A stretch of 64,000 nt of DNA, taken from Nemertoderma westbladi (taxonomy: Eukaryota; Animalia; Xenacoelomorpha). The position numbers and the translations under genes were made by a program. Within the stretch, counting starts at the first letter, position 1, and every line of letters begins with the position of its first letter. The stretch is taken from contig JAUCBJ010007985.1 of NCBI GenBank assembly GCA_032718475.1, positions 93,567-157,566 of the forward strand, given 5' to 3'. The notes beneath the pieces are model-generated. The model had not been told where the DNA came from. It ran no database searches and saw only the letters and a program-made list of their open reading frames with translations. This document shows positions 35,042-51,344 of this stretch, one piece after another.

Positions 35042-36555
35042 GTGCGGTTAAGTAGACGTGCTTGCTTAGTTTGGTGTGTGGGTGCGGTTAAGTAGACGTG
35101 CTTATGTTGGTGGGTGGGTGCGGTTAAGTAGACGTGCTTAGGTGGGTGGGTGGGTGCGGTTAAGTAGACGTGCTTAGGTGGGTGGGTGGGTGCGGTTAAG
35201 TAGACGTGCTTAGGTGGGTGGGTGGGTGCGGTTAAGTAGACGTGCTTAGGTGGGTGGGTGGGTGCGGTTAAGTAGACGTGCTTAGGTAGGTGGGTGGGTG
35301 CGGTTAAGTAGACGTGCTTAGGAGGGTGGGTGGGTGCAGTTAAGTAGGTGTGCTTTGGTGGGTGGGTGGGTGCGGTTAAGTCGATGTGCTTAGGAGGGTG
35401 GGTGGGTGCGGTTAAGTAGACGTGCTTAGGTGGGTGGGTGGGTGCAGTTAAGTAGACGTGCTTAGGTGGGTGGGTGCGGTTAAGTAGAATTGCTTAGGAG
35501 GGTGGGTGGGTGCGGTTAAGTAGACGTGTTTAGGTAGGTGGGTGGGTGTGGGTAAGTATACGTGCTTAGGTGGGTGGGTGGGTGCGGTTAAGTAGACGTG
35601 CTTAGGTGGGTGCGTGGGTGCGGTTAAGTAGACGTGCTTAGGTGGGTGGGTGGGTGCGGTTAAGTAGACGTGCTTAGGTTGGTGGGTGGGTGCGGTTAAG
35701 TAGACGTGCTTAGGTTGGTGGGTGGGTGCGGTTAAGTAGACGTGCTTAGGTTGGTGGGTGGGTGCGGTTAAGTAGACGTGCTTATGTAGGTGGGTCGGTG
35801 CGGTTAAGTAGACGTGCTTAGGAGGGTGGGCGGGTGCGGTTAAGTATGTGTGCTTAGGTGGGTGGGTGGGTGTTTGCGGTTAAGTAGACGTGCTTAGGTG
35901 GGTGGGTGCGGTTAAGTAGAATTGCTTAGGAGGGTGGGTGGGTGCGGTTAAGTAGACGTGTTTAGGTAGGTGGGTGGGTGTGGGTAAGTATACGTGCTTA
36001 GGTGGGTGGGTGGGTGCGGTTAAGTAGACGTGCTTAGGAGGGTGGGTGGGTGCAGTTAAGTAGGTGTGCTTATGTGGGTGGGTGGGTGCGGTTAAGTTGA
36101 TGTGCTTAGGAGGGTGGGTGGGCGGGTGCGGTTAAGTAGGTGTGCTTAGGTGTGGTGGGTGGGTGCGGTTAAGTATACGTGCTTATGTAGGTGGGTGGGT
36201 GCGGTTAAGTAGACGTGCTTAGGAGGGTGGGTGGGCGCAGTTAAATAGGTGTGCTTAGGTGGGTGGGTGGGTGCGGTTAAGTCGATGTGCTTAGGTGGGT
36301 GGGTGGGCGGGTGCGGTTAAGTATGTGTGCTTAGGTGGATGGGTGGGTGCGGTTAAGTAGACGTGCTTAGGTGGGTGGGTGGGTGCGGTTAAGTAGACGT
36401 GCTTAGGTGGGTGGGTGCGGTTAAGTAGAATTGCTTAGGAGGGTGGGTGGGTGCGGTTAAGTAGACGTGCTTGGGTGGGTGCGGTTAAGTAGGTGTGCTT
36501 AGGTGGGTGGGTGTGTGCAGTTAAGTCGACGTGCTTAGGTGGGTGGGAAGGTACG
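35042..36555. repeat. ~34-bp G-rich minisatellite, unit 2
   Basis: Directly visible. Confidence 0.95.
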
Positions 36556-37321
36556 TGTAAGTAGATATGTAGGAATGGGTATGTATGGTTAAGTACAGTA
36601 GGTGTGTAATGATAGGTGGGGGGGGGGGGGGGGTAAGTTTAGCAACTATTAAGTAGTATTACCACTTCTCAATAAGGTAGACAGCTGTATGTTTACAGTA
36701 TAGAACGGTCGTAAAATAGAGGCGTCCCATTGGATGCTATTTATAGATCCATACCCCTTTTCTTTCCCCCTCTTCTTACGCGCTCTTACCCCCAGCACAG
36801 AGAAGATTCCCCCAGCTCGGCCTCGTACTGCCACTAATATGTCTCTGTTAGTTGAAACAAAATTGGAACATAATTGAAACATATTAGGAGCCACGTAATG
36901 GTGTCCTACCTGCAATGCTATGTATGCCAGTGAAACAAATTTGAAACAAATTAGGAGGGCCGTAATGATAGTCTACCGGAGAATTGGAACAATGATGGGC
37001 TTACGGAGCTCAAAAAATTGGAACAATGTTAAGTATGCCAGTGAAACAAATTTGAAACAAATTAGGAGAGCCGTAATGATAGCCTACCGGAAGAATTGGA
37101 ACAATGATGGGCTACGGAGCTGCCTGGGTTGTTTGGCTGAACCAGTGGTGGCACGGATGAGGGGGTAAGAAAAGGGGGAAGGATCTAAAAATAGCACCCA
37201 ATAGGAAGCTTCTAGCTTCTTGCATTGCTACGGCTACCGGTACCTTGCTTGGCCTCTAGGCTGGCTCTGGCATAACCCTTATTTTCGCATGCGAATAAAG
37301 GTAATGTTTTAAAGATCGGGT

Positions 37322-39006
37322 CAGTGGCGTGGTGGGACCCAGTAAGGGGCCCGGGAAATCCCAAAATAAGGGCCCATTAATAAATGCTAGATCACCTCGA
37401 ATTTTTTTTCAATTATAACTGTAGTTCAAATTCCTCGGTCCAACACCTGTTTAATTTCATCAGAAGAAATGCCTCCAAATGTTAGTGAGATGGCATGAAT
37501 CTTGAAATAGAGGTAGAATCAAGCAACTCCTTGGTATGTGAGTCAGAATTTTTATGTTATGTTTATGTTATGAGTTGATGAATCCGGTGGAGATTCTATT
37601 TAATAAATACACCATATTCTAGAACATTTTGTTGATGTATGAATAGCTACGTAATAGTATGATTAAAGAGGTAATGCATTGTTGTACAGCATTGGACAAA
37701 CAAAATGTTCCAGAATATGGTTTATTTATTAATAGAATAAAATAGCCTCTCGTAGATGCAAAATTATGTAATATTTGAACGCTCATATCTCGGCTATTTT
37801 ACAACGAAATTCAAATTGTGTTACATATTTGGAATCCTTGCTTGTTCAGCTTTCCATCCCTACAAACACATCACAATAACGTTGAAGAATAACTGCGGAT
37901 AACTGGTGCAATAACGACCGAGGCACCTTTTTTAAACGCTTTTAGCTAAAAAATGAGAACAAAAGTAAAAATTCTGACTCACCCAACCAACCCACGAGGG
38001 TCATATTTCATGCAATCTCATTAAGATTTGTTTAAAAAAATGTGTGCTTAGGGGGGGGGGGGGGGGGGGGGGGGCATGTAGCTGAACGACACTATATTCC
38101 AGGAAATGGTGTACTACTATACTGTAGTCAGGTAGGTGTATAACAATGAGTGTAATACGAAGACTCACAGGACATTGGGAATTAACAGTTATTACATAGT
38201 GTATAGATTATAGAAATGCTACCACTGGTGAATGCCTACCACTTCATCCGTTCAGTTATTACATACTGTAGGTATACCCAATGACTTTTAGACAAACTGA
38301 CCAATCAGACAACACGTTGACCAGCGTTATCAGATAAGATTACATCATGTTTATTACATTAGAGTACCTCCTACCTCTATTTCAGGGGAGATGACTGGTA
38401 TATTGAACTCTGGTGGATGGTCAGCTCAGGTAAAACGAATGCATTCCCAACTATGTATAGTTATATGTACATAACACAGCACACAGCATTAGAGGGGAAG
38501 AGGGGCGCCCCCCTACTGTGGTCAATTAGGCTCCCTTTTCCAAGTAACAACTCAATATTTACAGACTACTGCTAAAGAAAGGCTGGCCATTATTGGGTAA
38601 TGAATGAGGCAGGGTATAGAACAGGGGTAAATGGAGTATGTCTCCATCGTGAATTCTATCTGGTCTGGCGGGCTGGCACTAATGTAACTTCAACACAGCT
38701 GCCTTGCCTGACGCCTGAGGGGACTTTTCAATATAGAATAATACTGGTATGTGCTCCTACCACCGTTTACAACACCCCCCCCCCCCCCCCCCTCCTCCTC
38801 TCCAACCCTCTTAGTTTAGTACTGTGCATGGTAACTGCGACATGGGGCCTCTATATAGCTATTGTTTTGGTTTCGTTGCTTATATCTACTACTATAATTT
38901 TTTATAACATCAATATAATTTTCTGACCCTGAGGGGCCCGGGGGGCCCAGATCGTCAAGGGGGCCCGGGAATTTTCCCGAATAGATGTATGGCCACCACG
39001 CCACTG
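37322..39006. mobile_element. Non-autonomous hAT-type DNA transposon (MITE), 1685 bp
   Basis: Perfect 14-bp TIRs CAGTGGCGTGGTGG / CCACCACGCCACTG. 8-bp TSD GATCGGGT / GATCTGGT. Empty site GATCTGAT is present in the other three array units. Confidence 0.9.
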
Positions 39007-39454
39007 GATCTGGTGTGTAAAACGCGTTTTTGTGCAGTGATGTTTACGATATTATAATTAAACTAACTGCACTAACTATCTCACATTTATTTAATAATAT
39101 ATGGTAAAAAAAGCAACCAACCTATTAATTACAATAATTTACAATAGTTATCGAATGTTCTAGGATGTAAATACTTAGCATTATTTTATAGGAAACGATT
39201 ATCAAAAAAACGGTTCTTGTAAAAAAGGTTTTGGCGAAAACTGTCCCTGCTTTCCGTTTTTGCAAATTTCTGGTACGGCATGATTGCTCCGAGAATGTTT
39301 GCCGTGGAGTCTGAATAAGGTAGAAAAGGTAGGGGTGGGTGTGTTTGTTAAGGTTCGGGCGGTCGGTGCGGGTAAATAGGGTGTGGGAGGGAGGGAGGGT
39401 GGGTAGGGGTAGGTGAGTGCGGGTAATTAGGTGTGTAGGGGTAGGGGAGGTTGG

Positions 39455-41060
39455 GTGCGGTTAAGTAGACGTGTGCTTAGTTGGGGTGGATGGGTGCGGC
39501 TTAGGTGGTGGGTGGGTGCAGTTAAGTAGTCGTGCTTAGGTGGGTGGGTGGGTGCGGTTAAGTAGACGTGCTTAGGAGGGTGGGTGGGTGCGGTTAAGTA
39601 TAGTGTGCTTAGGTGTGGTGGGTGGGTGCGGTTAAGTCGATGTGCTTAGGTGGGTGCGGTTAACTAGGTGTGCTTAGGTAGGAGGTGGGTGCGGGTAAGT
39701 AGACGTGCTTAGGTGGGTGGGTGGGTGCGGTTAAGTACACGTGCTTAGGTGGGTGGGTGGGTGCGGTTAAGTAGATGTGCTTAGGTTGGTGTGCGGCTAA
39801 CTAGGTGTGCTTAGGTAGGTGGGTGGGTGCGGGTAAGTAGACGTGCTTAGGTGGGTGGGTGGGTGCGGTTAAGTCGATGTGCTTAGGTGGGTGGGTGGGG
39901 TGCGGTTAAGTAGACGTGCTTAGGTGTGTGGGTGGGTGCGGTTAAGTAGACGTGCTTAGGTGTGTGGGTGGGTGCGGTTAAGTAGACGTGCTTAGGTGGG
40001 TGGGTGGGTGCGGTTAAGTCGATTGCTTAGGTGGGTGCGGTTAACTAGGTGTGCTTAGGTAGGTGGGTGGGTGTGGGTAAGTATACGTGCTTAGGTGGGT
40101 GGGTGGGTGCGGTTAAGTCGATGTGCTTAGGTGGGTGGGTGGGTGCGGTTAAGTAGACGTGCTTAGGTGTGTGGGTGGGTGCGGTTAAGTAGACGTGCTT
40201 AGGTGGTGGGTGGGTGCGGTTAAGTAGACGTGCTTAGGTGGGTGGGTGGGTGCGGTTAAGTCGATGTGCTTAGGTGGGTGCGGTTAACTAGGTGTGCTTA
40301 GGTAGGTGGGTGGGTGCGGGTAAGTATACGTGCTTAGGTGGGTGGGTGGGTGCGGTTAAGTCGATGTGCTTAGGTGGGTGGGTGGGTGTTTGCGGTTAAG
40401 TAGACGTGCTTAGGTGTGTGGGTGGGTGCGGGTAAGTAGACGTGCTTAGGTGTGTGGGTGGGTGTGGTTAAGTAGACGTGCTGAGGTGGGTGGGTGGGTG
40501 CGGTTAAGTCGATGTGCTTAGGTGGGTGCGGTTAACTAGGTATGCTTAGGTAGGTGGGTGGGTGTGGGTAAGAATACGTGCTTAGGTGGGTGGGTGCCGC
40601 TGAGTCGATGTGCTTAGGTGGATGGGTGCGGTTAAGTACACGTGCTTAGGTGTGTGGGTGGGTGCGGTTAAGTAGACGTGTTTAGGTCGGTGGGTGGGTG
40701 CGGGTAAGTAGACGTGCTTAGGAGGGCGGGTGGGTGCGGTTAAGTAGGTGTGCTTAGGTGGGTGGGTGGGTGGGTGCGGTTAAGTAGGTGTGCTTAGATG
40801 GGTGGGTGGGTGCGGTTAAGTCGATGTGCTTATGTGGGTGGGTGGGTGTGATTAACTAGACGTGCTTAGGTTGGTGGGTGGGTGCGGTTAAGTAGCCGTG
40901 CTTAGGAGGGTGGGTGGGTGCAGTTAAGTAGTTGTGCTTAGGTAGGTGGGTGGGTGTGGGTAAGTATACGTGCTTAGGTGGGTAGGTGGGTGCGGTTAAG
41001 TAGGTGTGCTTAGATGGGTGGGTGGGTGCAGTTAAGTCGACGTGCTTAGGTGGATGGGAG
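39455..41060. repeat. ~34-bp G-rich minisatellite, unit 3 (diverged variants)
   Basis: Directly visible. Confidence 0.95.
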
Positions 41061-42339
41061 GGTACGTGTAAGTAGGTATGTAGGAATGGGTATGTAGGAA
41101 TGGGTATTTAGGAATGATAGGAATGGGTATTTAGGAATGGGTATGTATGGTTAAGTACAGTAGGTGTGTAATGATACAGTAGGTGGGTGGGGGGGGGGGG
41201 GGGTAAGTTTAGCATACTGTTAAGTAGTATTACCACTTCTCAATAAGGTAGACAGCTGTATGTTTACAGTATAGAACGGTCGTAAAATAGAGGCGTCCCA
41301 TTGGATGCTATTTATAGATCCATACCCCTTTTCTTTCCCCCTCTTCCCCCTTTTCTTACGCGCTCTTACCCCCAGCACAGAGAAGATCTTCCCCCAGCTC
41401 GGCCTCGTACTGCCACTAATATGTCTCTGTTAGTTGAAACAAAATTGGAACATAATTGAAACAAATTAGGAGCCACGTAATGGTGTCCTACCTGCAATGC
41501 TATGTATGCCAGTGAAACAAATTTGAAACAAATTAGGAGGGCCGTAATGATAGTCTACCGGAGAATTGGAACAATGATGGGCTTACGGAGCTCAAAAATT
41601 GGAACAATGTTAAGTATGCCAGTGAAACAAATTTGAAACAAATTAGGAGAGCCGTAATGATAGCCTACCGGAAGAATTGGAACAATGATGGGCTACGGAG
41701 CTGCCTGGGTTGTTTGGCTGAACCAGTGGTGGCACGGATGAGGGGGTAAGAAAAGGGGGAAGGATCTAAAAATAGCACCCAATAGGAAGCTTCTAGCTTC
41801 TTGCATTGCTACGGCTACCGGTACCTTGCTTGGCCTCTAGGCTGGCTCTGGCATAACCCTTATTTTCGCATGCGAATAAAGGTAATGTTTTAAAGATCTG
41901 ATGTGTAAAACGCGTTTTTGTGTGTAGTGATGTTTACGATATTATAATTAAACTAACTGCACTAAATATCTCACATTTATTTAATAATATATGGTAAAAA
42001 AAGCAACCTACCTATTAATTACAATAATTTACAATAGTTATCGAATGTTCTAGGATGTAAATACTTAGCATTATTTGATAGGAAACGATTATCAAAAAAA
42101 CGGTTCTTGTAAAAAAGGTTTTGCGAAAACTGTCCGGCTGCTTTCCTTTTTTGCAAATTTCTGGTACGGCATGATTGCTCCGAGAATGTTTGCCGTGGAG
42201 TCTGAATAAGGTAGATAAAGCAGGGGTGTTTGTAAGGGTTCGGGCGGTCGGTGCGGGTAAATAGGGTGTGGGAGGGAGGGAGGGTGGGTAGGGGTAGGTG
42301 AGTGCGGGTAATTAGGTGTGTAGGGGTAGGGGAGGTTGG

Positions 42340-44475
42340 GTGCGGTTAAGTAGACGTGCTTGCTTAGTTTGGTGTGTGGGTGCGGTTAAGTAGACGTGCT
42401 TATGTTGGTGGGTGGGTGCGGTTAAGTAGACGTGCTTAGGTGGGTGGGTGGGTGCGGTTAAGTAGACGTGCTTAGGTTGGTGGGTGGGTGCGGTTAAGTA
42501 GACGTGCTTAAGTGGGTGCGGTTAAGTAGACGTGCTTAGGTTGGTGGGTGGGTGCGGTTAAGTAGACGTGCTTAGGTGGGTGGGTGGGTGCGGTTAAGTA
42601 GACGTGCTTAGGTTGGTGGGTGGGTGCGGTTAAGTAGACGTACTTAGGTGGGTGGGTGGGTGCGGTTAAGTAGACGTGCTTAGGTTGGTGGGTGGGTGCG
42701 GTTAAGTAGACGTGCTTAGGTGGTGGGTGGGTGCGGTTAAGTAGACGTGCTTAGGAGGGTGGGTGGGTGCAGTTAAGTAGGTGTGCTTTGGTGGGTGGGT
42801 GGGTGCGGTTAAGTCGATGTGCTTAGGAGGGTGGGTGGGTGCGGTTAAGTAGACGTGCTTAGGTGGGTGGGTGGGTGCAGTTAAGTAGACGTGCTTAGGT
42901 GGGTGGGTGCGGTTAAGTAGAATTGCTTAGGAGGGTGGGTGGGTGCGGTTAAGTAGACGTGTTTAGGTAGGTGGGTGGGTGTGGGTAAGTATACGTGCTT
43001 AGGTGGGTGGGTGGGTGCGGTTAAGTAGACGTGCTTAGGTGGGTGCGTGGGTGCGGTTAAGTAGACGTGCTTAGGTGGGTGGGTGGGTGCGGTTAAGTAG
43101 ACGTGCTTAGGTTGGTGGGTGGGTGCGGTTAAGTAGACGTGCTTAGGTTGGTGGGTGGGTGCGGTTAAGTAGACGTGCTTAGGTTGGTGGGTGGGTGCGG
43201 TTAAGTAGACGTGCTTATGTAGGTGGGTCGGTGCGGTTAAGTAGACGTGCTTAGGAGGGTGGGCGGGTGCGGTTAAGTATGTGTGCTTAGGTGGGTGGGT
43301 GGGTGTTTGCGGTTAAGTAGACGTGCTTAGGTGGGTGGGTGCGGTTAAGTAGAATTGCTTAGGAGGGTGGGTGGGTGCGGTTAAGTAGACGTGTTTAGGT
43401 AGGTGGGTGGGTGTGGGTAAGTATACGTGCTTAGGTGGGTGGGTGGGTGCGGTTAAGTAGACGTGCTTAGGAGGGTGGGTGGGTGCAGTTAAGTAGGTGT
43501 GCTTATGTGGGTGGGTGGGTGCGGTTAAGTTGATGTGCTTAGGAGGGTGGGTGGGCGGGTGCGGTTAAGTAGGTGTGCTTAGTGTGGGTGGGTGGGTGCG
43601 GTTAAGTATACGTGCTTATGTAGGTGGGTGGGTGCGGTTAAGTAGACGTGCTTAGGAGGGTGGGTGGGCGCAGTTAAATAGGTGTGCTTAGGTGGGTGGG
43701 TGGGTGCGGTTAAGTCGATGTGCTTAGGTGGGTGGGTGGGTGCGGTAAGTAGCGTGCTTAGGTAGGTGGGTGGGTGCGGTTAAGTGAGTGCTTGTAGGTG
43801 GGTGGGTGCGGTTAAGTAGACGTGCTTAGGTGGGTGGGTGGGTGCGGTTAAGTAGACGTGCTTAGGTGGGTGGGTGCGGTTAAGTAGACGTGCTTAGGTG
43901 GGTGGGTGGGTGCGGTTAAGTAGACGTGCTTGGGTGGGTGCGGTTAACTAGGTTGCTTAGGTAGGTGGGTGGGTGTGGGTAAGAATACGTGCTTAGGTGG
44001 GTGGGTGCCGCTGTAGTCGATGTGCTTAGGTGGATGGGTGCGGTTAAGTACACGTGCTTAGGTGTGTGGGTGGGTGCGGTTAAGTAGACGTGTTTAGGTG
44101 GGTGGGTGGGTGCGGGTAAGTAGACGTGCTTAGGAGGGCGGGTGGGTGCGGTTAAGTAGGTGTGCTTAGGTGGGTGTGTGGGTGGGTGGGTGCGGTTAAG
44201 TAGGTGTGCTTAGATGGGTGGGTGGGTGCGGTTAAGTCGATGTGCTTATGTGGGTGGGTGGGTGTGATTAACTAGACGTGCTTAGGTTGGTGGGTGGGTG
44301 CGGTTAAGTAGCCGTGCTTAGGAGGGTGGGTGGGTGCAGTAAAGTAGTTGTGCTTAGGTAGGTGGGTGGGTGTGGGTAAGTATACGTGCTTAGGTGGGTA
44401 GGTGGGTGCGGTTAAGTAGGTGTGCTTAGATGGGTGGGTGGGTGCAGTTAAATCGACGTGCTTAGGTGGATGGGA
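42340..44475. repeat. ~34-bp G-rich minisatellite, unit 4
   Basis: Directly visible. Confidence 0.95.
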
Positions 44476-44820
44476 GGGTACGTGTAAGTAGGTATGTAGG
44501 AATGGGTATGTAGGAATGGGTATTTAGGAATGATAGGAATGGGTATTTAGGAATGGGTATGTATGGTTAAGTACAGTAGGTGTGTAATGATACAGTAGGT
44601 GGGTGGGGGGGGGGGGGGGTAAGTTTAGCAATAACTGTTAAGTAGTATTACCACTTCTCAATAAGGTAGACAGCTGTATGTTTACAGTATAGAACGGTCG
44701 TAAAATAGAGGCGTCCCATTGGATACTATTTATAGATCCATACCCCTTTTCTTTCCCCCTCTTCCCCCTTTTCTTACGCGCTCTTACCCCCAGCACAGAG
44801 AAGATCTTCCCCCAGCTCGC

Positions 44821-45830
44821 GCGCAAGCTCAGCCATACAGCTCGCCCCTTCTGCCTATCTGGCTTCTGCGGCAGCATGTGCTGAACTTACTGGCTGTCTT
44901 TTCACCACCACTGCGCCTACTCCATCTCGAAACACCTTAACTGATCACGCCTATGTGCTCTGGAAGAGATCGGTGGCCACCGATTGCGAGCAACCTTCAG
45001 CGTCCTCTGTAAACATGCAGAAGACTTGGACAAACCCGATCCATGAAGAGAACCTCGCGTCACTTCGCCGCACCGCTTCTCCAAAGAATATCGCTCGACT
45101 AAACTCTTTAGATGACCCTGTCGCCGGTTGCTGGATAGACGCGCTACCATCGTCGTCGCTAGGTTCAAAGCTAACTGACAGTCAGCTCCGCATCTCAATC
45201 GCTACTCGACTAGGCTGTCGAGTCACAGAACAACACACATGCGCCAGATGCGATAAGGAAGTCGATACCGAAGGCCTACATGGCTTGTCCTGCCAGAGGA
45301 GCTTGGGGCGGATTCCGTGCCACACGGCGCTAAATGACATCATAAAGCGCGCACACTCCAGCTGTGGTGTTCCGTCCATCCTGGAGCCGCCAGGCCTCTG
45401 TCGAATGGACGGTAAACGCCCAGACGGCATGACCCTCATCCCTTGGTCGCGCGGTAAGTCCCTGACGTGGGACGCGATGGTTGTAGACCCTCTAGCGCCC
45501 AGCCATCTCGCTACCAGTCTATCCGCAGGAGGTCGTGTTGCCAAGGAGCAAGAAGAGACCAAATCCAGAAAGTACGAAGAACCAGTAGACCGATGATACC
45601 TCTTCGCACCAGTAGCCTTCGAAGCCCTTGGCCGGCCAGGACCAGCAACAACCTCATTCCTGAAAGAGGTCGGCAGGAAGATTTGACAAGCAACACAGGA
45701 ACCCCGGTCTCATCGATTCCTGCTGCAAAGACTCCTGATAGCCATCCTAATCGGCAACTCGGCCTCGATCCTAGGAACTGTAGACTCCACTAACAATAGC
45801 AGCCTCTTCGACATACTTGAAGAACATTAA
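44821..45830 (+). pseudogene. CRE-like element 3' part: CCHC knuckle and restriction-like endonuclease
   Basis: ORF 44955..45596: CARCDKEVDTEGLHGLSC, DGKRPDGMTLIPW, LTWD. Premature stops at ~45594 and ~45684. Confidence 0.9.
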
Positions 45831-46237
45831 TAATTAATAATTATTTAACATAAATACAAAACATTTAATTTAATTTAGTTTATATAAAAAAAAAAAAGTT
45901 TATATTAATAGTAATAATATTTATGTCAATATTAATTTTTAAGTTATATCAATTTAGCAGATGGTGGGGAGAGGGGGGGGGAGGGGGGGAGGAGGGGGAC
46001 TGTACGCAATAAAAATTCATCCCTCTCCAGGGGAAGAAATTCGATGCAAATAACAGATGATTACACCCAAAAATAAAACTACTGTAACCGGAGTTAGTGA
46101 AATTTATTAATTAATATAAATAATTAAATAAAAATGGAGATCAAATTAACTAAATAAATGAATACGAGTCCATGTTCTCTATAACGAATACAAGTAAATG
46201 TTTTCTGATACATAACGTCTAAAACTGTTGCGGGTCC

Positions 46238-50191
<3,954 letters not shown>

Positions 50192-50681
50192 TGAACCTAG
50201 TTTGGTTTTGCTTGATTTTTAGGTTTACAATCTTATTTCAGTATTAAAAAGCGTTTGCTGTATCGGTACTGCAGTATCAATATCCAATATAAACCAATAT
50301 AAACCAGTAAGATGTATTACTATTATGTATTGCTCTTATTATTTGTGTTCATTATCCGGTTTCTTTATTTAGCAGCTTAAATTTTTAAATATATCGACCC
50401 TAAATAAATAATCTGTGGAGTTACAAGTTATTATATGCCTGAGGGTTAGCTATGCGTAAATTAACTCTTAAAATTTAGTCACCCACTCTTACTCTATATT
50501 CCAGAAAATTTTTTAGAAAATATACTGTAACCTGTTCTATTGTGCTTAGTTTATTGTTTTTGTTAAAATAACGTGCCACTGTAACCTGCTCCTAGTCGCC
50601 ATTACTGTTTGTAGATAATCTGATGTTGCAATTTTAATTTGTTCCCTCAATAAATAATAAATAATTAACTTATTATTTCAG

Positions 50682-50820
50682 GGTCGTAAGGCTGAGAATT
50701 ATTACCTGATACTAAGTGGCTCTGCTGCTGTTGATGTGTTGGATAAAGAGACAGGGATAACCTCCACAGCCGCAATGCTTTGTAAAGGAAACAGCTTCGG
50801 GGAATTAGCTTTACTGCTGG
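50682..50820 (+). CDS. Exon of host CNBD2-like gene (CNB beta-roll and phosphate-binding cassette)
   Basis: tttcag acceptor; GRKAENYYLILSGSAAVDVLDKETGITSTAAMLCKGNSFGELALLL; gtaata donor. Joins RVIIRQ|G in phase 0 to give a CNB signature. Confidence 0.88.
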
Positions 50821-50904
50821 GTAATAATCGTTTATCTATTTAATCATTTTCTTTAAAGATTGTAAAAATAGCAACAAAACTACTGAAAGGTGTTAAAATG
50901 TCTC

Positions 50905-51160
50905 TGATGATGACAGGAACAGCGCCGGCGGACCCATCAACATAGATCTTACGGTCATATACACTACTTTCTAGTTCATCCCTGTCGTCAAGTCCAGTGT
51001 CATTCAGCACGTGTCATCTTTAGCAGGAAACTCATTGGCTGATGTCCACCACGTCTATTCTATCCAAAAGGCAGCCACAGCACAAGGTTGTGTGTGTATA
51101 GGTTGATACTGCCAGCTGAAACAATGTCCAGCAAGCTTCAAACGGCGATGTAATTCTTTT
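50905..51160 (-). mobile_element. Degenerate RTE LINE 3' fragment
   Basis: Reverse complement reads RRLKLAGHCF..QPIH..NLVLW..DTGLDDRDEL, similar to the RTE at 5073-5656. Confidence 0.65.
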
Positions 51161-51344
51161 GGTATAATGTCTCTCTCTAATGTTGTGTTTTTGATTTGAT
51201 TTGAAATAAATTGTCCTCTAATATCATTAATCACGTCATTCTATTATTTAGAAAGCCTAATGTTAACTTTTGTAGTTATCCAACTAAATACTGCCGATTG
51301 ATTGGCTACTGTAGATTTGTAATGAATTAAGAATTTCTGTCTGA

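Larger units (their letters stand above)
31201..44818. repeat. Head-to-tail array of four ~2.7-4.6-kb composite units (31201-34102, 34103-36818, 36819-41400, 41401-44818)
   Basis: Each unit starts GGCCTCGTACTGCC and ends CCCCCAGCTC. Structure is ~0.9 kb unique, GGGT minisatellite, ~0.3 kb unique. Confidence 0.95.
30535..45918 (+). mobile_element. 5'-truncated, degenerate CRE-like (RLE) non-LTR retrotransposon, interrupted by a 13.6-kb tandem array
   Basis: RT motifs EGAQQG...WYLDDGN at 30570-30690. ORF breaks at PARSGGLG (31200) and resumes ASSAIQLAPSAYLAS (~44823). CARC..H..C and KRPDG RLE; A-tail ~45886; 11-bp TSD ATTTATGTCAA at 30524-30534 and 45919-45929. Confidence 0.88.

Noticed and set aside
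32140-44475. CRISPR-like or telomere-like arrays (TTAGG-containing)
   Set aside because: No unique spacers and no cas genes; TTAGG occurs once per 34-bp monomer rather than as a telomeric tract.
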